From the NCBI RefSeq assembly GCF_009914755.1, contig NC_060940.1: a stretch of DNA of 64,000 bases; one strand, written 5' to 3'. Below are positions 46,151 to 64,000 of this stretch, piece by piece (within the stretch, counting starts at the first letter, position 1; each line of letters begins with the position of its first letter). The notes beneath the pieces were generated by a model. The model made no database searches. It was not told the origin of the DNA and was given only the letters and a program-made list of their open reading frames with translations. The translations under genes were made by a program, and so were the position numbers. The DNA is from the human T2T-CHM13v2.0 reference genome, Homo sapiens.

Positions 46151-46823
46151 CTATCTCAAAAATAATAAATGAATAAACACACAAACAAACAAATAATAAA
46201 TAATTATCACTTTTTTGCATTTTCCCAATTTCTTTACTGATTATTTTTGGGATTTGGAAAAAACATAAGGCCGGGCGAGGTGGCCCACACCTGTAATCCC
46301 AGCACTCTAGGAAGCCAAGGCAGGAGGATTGCTTGAGCCCAGGAGTTCGAGACCAGCCTGGGCAACATGGAGAAACCTCATCCCTACAAAGAATACAAAA
46401 AAATTAGTTGGGTGTGGTGGCACATGCCTGTGGTCCCAACTACTCAGGAGGCTGAAGCAGGAGGATCACTTGAGCTCAGGGAAGTAGAAGCTGCAGTGAG
46501 CCATGATCACACAACTGCACTCCAGCCTGGGCCACAGAGCAAGACTCTTTCTTGCTGGGAAGGAATTCTCACATGTACGCACTAGCAGAAGCCACAAGCG
46601 GCACCAGGAAGACTAGAAGAATGCGGGGCATGAAAGCTAAGTTACAAGAGAGCTTAAGTAGGAAAACTAAGGTATGTAAGATAAAAATTGAAGCACTGAT
46701 TTGTTAACTAGGTCATCAGTTATCTTAAAGGACAGTCTTAGAATAATTGCATGGCAGCTGACTTTACAGTCACCCAGATATGTGATCCTGGACAAGTTAT
46801 TTATTTTTTTTTAAATTTTTTGA

Positions 46824-46982
<159 letters not shown>

Positions 46983-47264
46983 TAGTAGAGACGGGATTTC
47001 ACCATGTTGGTCAGACCGGTCTCGAACTCCTGACCTCAGGTGATCCACCCGCCTCGGCCTCCCAAAGTGCTGGGATTATAGGCGTGCACCCTGTGCCCGG
47101 TCGACAAGCTATTTAATGTCACTGTGCCTCTGTTTCCTCATCTGGTCAAGGAAAACAATACCTACAGTCAGATCTGGAATTTGAGGCTGCCCTACTTATA
47201 GGTTAATAAATGGGTCTGTTATTGTTTCATGGATGCTGTCAGAAAACAGAGACAAAAGACCTTA

Positions 47265-47770
<506 letters not shown>

Positions 47771-47939
47771 TCAAACTCCTGGCCTCAAGCAATCCTCCTG
47801 CCTTGGCCACCAAAAGTTCTGGGATTACAGTTGTGAGCCACCATGCCCAGCCATCTGCTGTTTTATAGTAAGCAGTAAGGAAGCTGCTCTTTGTCCTGGA
47901 TGCAGACATTACCTCTCCCTCAAGGTTTGCTTGCTGCCA

Positions 47940-48885
<946 letters not shown>

Positions 48886-49013
48886 CTGATCCCATGAGTC
48901 CATTGTACCTGGTAAACTAAATTTTGTATCTCTTAGAATTAAAATTAGTTTAGGTCCAATGTCAACAAATCTCTGGAAACTCTAGTTACTTCCCCTTCTC
49001 TGATGCTCACAGT

Positions 49014-49929
49014 AGCAGTAGTCTACATTCACTGAACCCACTTGTTTATTCTTTGGCCCACTGCAGTATTAATAGACACTTGACTGAGCTTTCATGATGT
49101 GCCATGTACTGAGTTAAGCACTTTATATACATTCCAATCTAATGTGCTTGCTAAATGGCTGCAGGTACACTTGGAAAAGGCTAGAAGCTCTACAGCATGT
49201 TTTTGTCAGTGTAGAACTGACATCAAGTCCTTCATCAAGGGAACCCAGCCTCCCCAGATCTAGAGAAGGGGAGACTCTAGATCTGTGAATAGGCTCAAGT
49301 CTGAGAATCTGTTGAAGGCAGGGACTTGCAATTTTTGCCAACTCAACAAGATGTGAAGGCAGGACTTGCCGAGATGGATCGGAAGTCAACATGAGTGGGC
49401 ACGCTGGTCAATTTGGAGTCACAGCAGGGAGACTCATGGAGGAGTGTCTGTTAACACCTACTTTATAGAGTTCTTGTGAACATTGGATTGGAATGTATAT
49501 AAAGTGCCTAACACAGTACATGGAACATCATAAAAGCTCAGTCAAGTGGCTATTAATATTGCAGTAGGCCAAAGAATAAACAGAAGTGGATTCAGGCCAG
49601 GTGCAGTGGCTCACACCTGTAATCCCAGCAGTTTGGGAAGCTGAGGCAGGCAGATCACTTGAGGTCAGGAGTTTGAGAACAGCCTGGCCAACATGGTGAA
49701 ACCCCGTCTCTACTAAAAATACAAAAATTAGCTGGGTGTGATAGCATACACCTGCAGTCTCAGCTACTCAGGAGGCTGAGGCACAGAATCACTTGAACCT
49801 GGGAGGAGGTGGAGGCTGCAGTGAGCAGAGATCGTGCCACTGCACTCCAGCCTGGGTGACAGAGTGAGGCTCCAGCTCAAAAAAAGAAAGAAAAGAAAAA
49901 AGTGGATTCAGTGAATGTAGGCTACTGCT
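49014..49929. repeat. Inverted duplication with ~130-bp arms, one arm split by an Alu
   Basis: 49014-49145 is the reverse complement of 49480-49594 plus 49911-49929; Alu 49595-49900 with TSD aagtggattca. Confidence 0.88.
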
Positions 49930-50426
49930 TCAAGGCATTTAGCTGAAAATAATAGGGATCAAGAGAAAAGTTCTTTTTTATTGTTTTAAAGGCAGATCTT
50001 AGCATGCTTATAGGCTGGAGTGTCTTTGGGACAAGAAAGGGAATCTGAAACCATAAAACTAGGAGACGAGAAAGTAGGAATAATAGAGCAAAGTCCCTGA
50101 GGGGCAGAAGGGGATGAAACCCAGGCCCAGCTGTGTTGCTGAACATTGTATATCCAGGACTTGCTGAGATGGATCAGAAGTAAATATGAGTGGGCACACT
50201 GGTCAATTTGGAGTAATGGCAGGGAGCAGAATGTTAAAGAAGCTCCTATTTGACCCCTTGTATTTTCCTAGTGAAAGCGGAGGTATTTACTGGTTAAAAA
50301 TATATGGAATGGGCAGGGAGCAGTGGCTCACACCTGAATTCCCAGCACTTTGGGAGGCTGAGGCAGGTGGATCATGAAGTCAGGAGATCGAGACCATCCT
50401 GGCTAACATGGTGAAATCCTGTCTCA

Positions 50427-50690
<264 letters not shown>

Positions 50691-51555
50691 TTATTTATTT
50701 ATATTTATATTTATACATTTGTATATAAACTATTAGTTTATATCTAACTTTAATTCTATATATATATATATATATGGAAGACATAATATTGTCTTATTAC
50801 TGTTGTTGCTTTTTAAGTCTTGCTATATTGCCCGGGCTGGTCTCAAACTCCCAGGTCAAACAATCCTCCCGCCTTGGCCTCTCAAAGTGCTGAGATTACA
50901 GGCATGAGCCACTGCACCCAGCCCAGAAGACATAATATTGAAGGTTCTACTGAGGTTGAAGGTCAGGAAAGGTATCGTGGCCCCTCTCAGCAGCAATGCA
51001 GTGTTTTTCCTCACAGCTCATATCTAGGCATGGAGGCAGATGGGAGATTAACCCAGACTGAGGCTGTGTATTAGTTCATTCTTTTGATTGCAAATAACAG
51101 AAACTCAAACCACCTTAAGCGGAAAGGGGAAGTTATTGGAAGGATGCTAGGATCTCTCACTGAATAAGGAACCAGGATCCCAGCTCGGGTGGATTGAAGT
51201 GCTTCAGGGAACATAGGAGGTTATCTCCCATTTCTGCTCTCCACAGACCACATAATGGAATTTAGCCATCAGTGGCTACCAAGTTTTATGAATTACAATC
51301 CAGTCCCAAAGAAAGTTATACAATTCCTAGCTGAGGAAATCCTTGCGTTCTGGTGGCAAAGGGAAGGGGAAAGAGCCAGCTCTACCAGGGGGCTGGGCAG
51401 ACCTGGTAATAGGGCTCTGCTGGGCAGGACAGGTCTCCTGGTCTGAAAGTCTGGCTCTCCCATCAGAATAGCAAAGATTGCTACAGAGTCAAGGAACCAG
51501 ATTGATATTTTGTAAAAAGTAATTCCACAAGGAACAGAATTCATTCATCAGACAT

Positions 51556-51561
51556 TTTAAT
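51556..51561 (-). terminator. Candidate polyadenylation signal ATTAAA for ZNF689
   Basis: ATTAAA on the minus strand ~1.7 kb past the stop, at the far end of a largely repeat-free 3'UTR-like stretch. Confidence 0.5.
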
Positions 51562-53245
51562 GAGACCCAATCTGATATGACCCCTTCTTGGGGGTAGCTC
51601 ATCATCCAAGGAGAAACAAACAGTTACAATGTTACAATGCAACTTGCTAAATATTGAACAGAGGTAATTACATAAAGCTGTGTTCCCCCAGCTGCTCCCC
51701 TGCTTGTGCTGAGATCAGGAGAGCTGTAGGAAGGAGCCACAGGGGTAAAGGATGACCCACTCCAGCTGTTGGAATATGAGATGAGTCACATCTGGAAATT
51801 CTAATTTGGTGCAGCTGCCCAAGGCAAAGTGGTAGGCCTTGTTCACATTTAACTCGGTAAAGCTTTATGAAGCACCTACCCAGTGGGTGCCATGGAGGTG
51901 GATCAGATTGAGCCACGCTGCTGCCACCTCTGTGGAGGGAGGCTGGCATGGATACAACTTGATGACTATAGACTCTTCCTCTCTGGATTCAGTTCCCTCT
52001 TTCTAGCCTCCTTGAATGGCCTCAGCTCATTTTGTGAAAAAATGCTGACTGAGGCCTCATGGAAGTTCTGTGCCGATTCTTAGGTGCCTGTGATTCATCT
52101 GTGCCTGATGAGAATCAGGGTCAAGTACGGCCCAATTCTCCAGGCTTTTCCAGGCACTGGCTGCCTGAAGCCAATCCAGGTCTGCCAGGTAGAGCACAAG
52201 CCAGTCCCATTTGCACTTCCTGCTGCTAAACCACAGGTCCCTGCTTCTCCTTAAGAGCAACCTTCTCCCAGAGCTGACTACACTTATGTCTCATACCCAG
52301 CTTGAACCAATTTTCCAAATACAAGATGAAGACTTAGTTTTATAGCTTTTTTTTTTTTTTTTAAGTTTAGGGCATTTATATATCTGCAACCCAATAAACC
52401 CCTGGTACCATGCAGCTCCCCCAAATTCAGTGCAACCAAAGCTGCTGAAACAAGTCCAGCCCCAGAAGGTGTAGTGGCACTGTGGTGTTACCTTATTTTT
52501 ATATGACCCTTCAAAAAGGACACTGAAAACCCAGTGCCTGTTTGCAGAGATCATGTGTGGAAATTGAAACCCTGTCTTTAAGGAATGACCAAATTCATGC
52601 TACTTAACCTGAAAACTTGGGGGCAAAGTGGTTGTGATTATCTGAAGGGCTGCTATGTAGATGAAGTATTAAACATGTCGTAGGCAAGGTTTAGAGGAGA
52701 ATGTGGTACTTAACCTTCTATAGATCCCACAATGAAATGACCTGCCTTGTGAGGTAGTGAGCTCCCTGTCAAGAGAGATTTTCAAGCAATGGGTAGAAGA
52801 CCACTTGGCAGGAGTGTTGCAAAAAGTGGGCTAAACCAGATTTTTCCAACCTAGTATGGAGGAAGAGGCAGAGTAGGGGAAGGTCCTGCCCCTATGAGAT
52901 TCTCCTGATTGCATGCAAGATGACAGGTAATCCCTGTGTGGACAGACTAGAAAAGCAGACAGCCCCTAAAATAGATGGGGAGAACTTTTAGCCCTGATAT
53001 CCACACAAACTATTTTAGGATAGGGTAGCTTGGAAAACTTTAAGCAAATGACGTCACCTCTCCTAATGGGACTGTTCCAGACACGCACAGGGAGGCAGCC
53101 AGCGCATTGCAAGATACAAAGTTCAGCTCTGTGCAGCAGGAGACCCGGGTTTAGTTCTGACTCTGCCCTGTATGACCTGGGGCTCCTCCTTCCCTTTTCT
53201 GGGACCCTCCATAAAATGAAATGAACGTAGGCAGTCCTTCCCCTT

Positions 53246-54429
53246 CTAATGGGCGTTGCCCCTCTGACTGGAGCCCCCGATAGCAGATCTAGGGCTACAG
53301 TTTGGGGCCTTGGGGCTACACTTGTGGACAGCCAGAGACCACCTCTGGCGGAAGCACCGGCCACACTCGAGGCAGGGGAAAGGCTTCTCCCCCGTGTGCA
53401 GCAGCTGGTGCTGGGCCAGGTGGCTCCACTGAGCAAAACGCTTGGAGCAAAGGTCGCAGGCATAGGGCCGCTCGCCCGAGTGCACGCGCCGGTGGCTGGC
53501 CAGCAGTGAGGGGTAGGCAAAGCGGCGACCACAGTCGTCGCAGGCGTGCAGCTTCTCCTCTGTGTGCGTGCTGCGATGGATGGCCAGGGAGCCGCTCCGC
53601 CGGAAGGCACGCCCACAGTCTGGGCAGGGGTAGGGCTTCTCTCCGGTGTGCAAGAGCTGGTGCTGGAGCAGCGTGCTGCGCTGGGAGAAGCGGGCCTCAC
53701 AGTGCTCGCAGGCATAGGGACGCTCCCCAGAGTGCACACGCCGGTGACTGACCAGGCGAGAGGAGGAGGAGAAGCGCCGCTCGCAGTCCGGGCACGGGTA
53801 GGGCTTCTCGCCCGTGTGGATGCGCTGGTGGATGACGAGGGCCGTGCGCTGGCGGAAGCGGCGGTTGCACTCGAGGCAAGTGTAGGGCTTCTCTCCCGTG
53901 TGTGTACGCTGGTGGATGGCTAGCAGGGAGGGGTAGGCGAAGCGACGTCCACAGCTAGGGCACTGGTGGGGTTTTTCACCTGTGTGTGTGGTCCGGTGAT
54001 TGGCCAAGGACCGGCTCCTCCGGAAGCAGCGACCACAGTCAGGGCAGTGATAGGGCTTCTCCCCTGTATGGATGACCTGGTGCTGGGAGAGGTTCTTGCG
54101 CTGGGAGAAACGTTTGCCACACTGGTCACAAACATAGGGGCACTCGCCGGAGTGTGCCCGCCGGTGACTGACCAGCAGGGATGGATAGGAAAAGCGGCGC
54201 CCACAGTCTGGGCAAGGGTAAGGCTTTTTTAGATTCTGGGCGCACTTGTGGCTCTCCAGGGCCTGATGATCAGGGAAGGTACAGCCGCAGTCAGGGCAGA
54301 TGGGGCCCCCGGACGTCTGCCTAGGAATCAGTCGGGGTTTGCTGGGCCTCCGGCCTCGCTTCCCCTTTCGGGGTGCCTCCTTAGGCGGGAATACTTCCTT
54401 CTCCCCATTCTTCTTTCTGGTTCTGCTTT
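53246..54429 (-). CDS. ZNF689: ZNF689 coding exon 3: basic linker and 12 fingers (10 C2H2 flanked by 2 atypical C2HC)
   Basis: Acceptor ttctatag|AAAG; KSRTRKKNGEKEVF...CPDCGCTFPDHQALESHKC... in frame with ORF 53246..54007; total 1503 nt = 500 aa. Confidence 0.95.
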
Positions 54430-54722
54430 CTATAGAAATACAGAAGCATTAATTTAACAAATACTGGGCTCCTGCTCTTGTCAATTACATTATAGGTTAC
54501 AAGACCAATAGACTCACCCCCTGGTCTCAATTCCTAGTGCCACAGACAGCTAAGTGTGACATACTGTCATGCAAATACGGTGTGCATTACAGGAGCTTCT
54601 AACCCAGCTTGGAGAAGTCTAGGAAGATTTCTCGGAGATTAAACTAACTTTAAAAATTGAGGCCGGGCACAGTGGATCACGCTTGTAATCGTAAGCACTG
54701 GGAGGCCGAGGCGGGCAGATCA

Positions 54723-54977
<255 letters not shown>

Positions 54978-56121
54978 TCATTCAAAAGTCAAAATATCAG
55001 CCAGGCATGGTTGCTCATGCCTGTAATCCCAGCACTTTGGGAGCCCAAGGCAAGAGATCGCTTGAACCCAGGAGTTCAAGATCAGCCTGGGCAGCATAGT
55101 GAGACCCCATCTCTACAAAAAATACAAATATTAGCCTGGCCTGGTGGCACGCGTGCCTGCCTGTAGTCCTAGCTACTTGGAAGGCTGAGGTAGAGGATTA
55201 CTTGAGCCCAGGAGTTCAAGGCTACTGTGAACCATGATGGCACCACTGTACTCCAGCCTGGGCAACACAGCAAGACCCTATCTCAAAAAACAAACAAGTC
55301 AAAATATTAATAAAGGAATACAGAGAAGTCTTGCTGCCACCTTTTTCCAATCTACCTTGTAGAAACCATATTAGTTTTTTCCCATTTTTTTGATGCAATA
55401 CAAATGTCACCTTCCCTATCTTTCTTTCATAAGAGATTGCATACACATGCTTTACAGCGTATGTTCTCTTCCCCACCTTTCTTTTTTTTTTTCTTTTTTG
55501 AGACAGAGTCACGCTCTGTCACCCAGGCTGGAGTGCAATGGTGTGATCTCAGTTCACTGAAATCTCCGCCTCCCGGGTTCAAGTGATTCTCCCTGCCTCA
55601 GCCTCCTAAGTAGCTGGGATTACAGGCATGCACCACTATGCCCAGCTAATTTTTTGTATTTTTAGTAGAGTCAGGGTTTCACCATGTTGGCCAGGTTGGT
55701 CTCGAACTCCTGACCTCAGGTTATCTGCTCACCTCTATCTCCCAAAGTGACTACAGGCGTGAGCCACCATGCCCAGCTCACCTTTCTTATACAAAAGACA
55801 ACATATACACACCTTATACACACTTTACATTTTTTCACTTAATATATTCTAAAGATCATTTTATGTCAGCAAATCTTTTTTCTATTTTACAGCTACACAG
55901 AATTCCATTGTGGATGGTTTATTTGACTTAGCTGATTCTTTAAAAAATGTGGCTGGGCGTGGTGGCTCATGTCTGTAATCCTAGCACTTTAGGAGGCTGA
56001 GGCAGGCGGATCACCTGAGGTCAGGAGTTCAAGACCAGCCTGGCCAACATGGTGAAACCCCGTCTCTACAAAAATATAAAAATTAGCTGGGCACAATAGC
56101 AGGTGCCTATAATCCCAGCTA

Positions 56122-56259
<138 letters not shown>

Positions 56260-56268
56260 TTAAAATTA

Positions 56269-56631
<363 letters not shown>

Positions 56632-56732
56632 CTAAGATCTTCTTAGACACAAAGTGTAAAAGCAAGACAGGCTGGGCGCGGTGGCTTACACCTGCAATCC
56701 CAGCACTTTGGAAGGCCAAGGCAGGCGGATCA

Positions 56733-56981
<249 letters not shown>

Positions 56982-57028
56982 CTATGAGGTATGAGCTAGC
57001 AGTGACTGGGTCAAAAGGCCCTCTAAGC

Positions 57029-57208
57029 CAATGGTTCTCAAACTCCACTGTGATCAGAATCATTGGGAGGATTTACTGAAACAGAATGCCAGGCCCTAGT
57101 GCCCGCTTTGGATTCAGCAGGTCTGGGGTAGGGTCCAAGAATGTGCATTTCTAACAAGTTTCCAAATAATGCTGCTTCTGGTCTGAGACCACGCTTTGAG
57201 AACCACTG
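57029..57208. mobile_element. MER5A (hAT-Charlie) MITE in ZNF689 intron 2
   Basis: Terminal inverted repeats caatggttctcaaa...tttgagaaccactg; internal ggattcagcaggtctggggtagggtccaagaatgtgcatttctaacaag. Confidence 0.8.
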
Positions 57209-58498
57209 CTGTTAGCATTGTTAAAGACCTTGGACTGTATTTTACCCAATGGTTTTCTTTTCTTTTTTTTTTTCCCCCAAGATGGAGTCTCACTGTGGCA
57301 CCCAGGCTGGAGTACACTGGCATGATCTCGGCTCACTGTAACTTCCACCTCCCAGGATCAAGCAATTCTCCCTGCCTCAGCCTCCTGAGTAGCTGGAATT
57401 ACAGGCGCCCACCATAGTGCCCGGCTAATTTTTGTATTTTTTTAGTAGAGACGGGGTTTCACGATGTTGGTCAGGCTGGTCTTGAACTCCGGACCTCAAG
57501 TGATCTACCCACCTCGGCCTCCCAAAGTGCTGGGATTACAGGCATGAGCCACCAGCCGGCCGGTTTTCAAACCTAGATGCACATCTGAATCAGCTGAGGC
57601 TATTTAAAAAATGGAAGTTCCTAAACATTCACACGAGTGAATGAATAGCTCTGGGATGGGGTCCTGGAACCTGCGTTTTTACCAAGTTCCCCAAGTGATT
57701 TAGATATAACCAATGGCCATTTAACAACCTTGGCAAAAATTAACTGAAAAGTTTTAAGCAAGGAAATATCATGGTCAGATCTGAATCTTGGACAGCTATC
57801 CCTGGTCTTGAAGAATCTGGCTCTGAAATTCCAGCCCAGACAGCTCCATCTTCTACTATGGGTGGATCTGGGACCCTTCTACCTGAATGGGGTTAAGCAG
57901 AGCCTTGTTGGATTCTGAGGAGATTGCAGTATGTCCTTCGCTGATAAGGGTCATCCTGCCGTAAGAGCAGAAAGAGGCCCCTGCATCCCAGGCAGCTGTT
58001 CCCCATGAGCTCCCTTCAACCAAAACCCAGAAAACTCTGAGAAGTTTAGGATCTCTTTGGTCCAACTCAAAGGTGGCTAGAGGCAGAGATCCTGGAAAGG
58101 AGGCAGAGGGTAGCACCTGTTAAAAGCTCACTGATTCTGGCTGGCTGCAATGGCTCACGCCAGTAACCCCTGCATTTTGGGAGGCCAAGGCAGGAGGATC
58201 GCTTGAGGCCAGAAGTTCAAGACCGAACTGAGCAAGACAATGTTTCTACAAAAAAAAAAAAAAAAAAAAAAGACGAAGAATAAGCCCACTGATTCATTCA
58301 CACAGTGGAAAACTGCAGCTTGCAGACTGACATAGGAATCTCTGTGTGGTGGACCGGCCCCACACCACCAGACACAAGAGGCTGGGAAGATGAATATACT
58401 AAATACGCGGCACCCACCCCTAGCCCAACCAAAACTCTGGACAGAGCCGTTAGAGGTAGAACGTTATAGGAGGGCTGCAGGCTCTGCGTGGTTATTTA

Positions 58499-59680
<1,182 letters not shown>

Positions 59681-59770
59681 AGAGCTGAGATTATCCTGAG
59701 TTCCTTTTACTGGTGTTCTCAGAGCATCCTTGACTTTGGAGAATGGTTATCTTCTTTGTTTGCCCTTTAG

Positions 59771-64000
<4,230 letters not shown>

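Overview
Alu-dense primate (very probably human) genomic DNA carrying four tandem, minus-strand, three-exon KRAB/C2H2 zinc-finger genes. By protein sequence they are the 16p11.2 cluster ZNF764 (408 aa), ZNF688 (276 aa), ZNF785 (405 aa) and ZNF689 (500 aa); exon boundaries were read from GT-AG sites and give uninterrupted frames. Intergenic DNA is roughly half Alu, plus a solo HERV-E-type LTR2, a processed RPL41 pseudogene, an Alu-shattered Tigger2 transposon, and L1, MLT1, MER21-like and MER5 fragments. Most interesting signals: (1) an unannotated 17-aa C-terminal module (DPPVxFxx[YF]P[DE]IF[QE]ECG-stop) shared by three paralogues, with a possible decayed copy behind the ZNF689 stop; (2) a conserved CCAAT-ETS-CCAAT-CDE/CHR (DREAM/MMB-type) promoter cassette upstream of the genes, written on the strand opposite to them; (3) a tandemly duplicated 3' splice site in ZNF785 that would give a KRAB-only isoform; (4) several templated-insertion or template-switch scars. 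Repeat subfamily names come from recalled consensus sequences and repeat coordinates are approximate; no database search was run.
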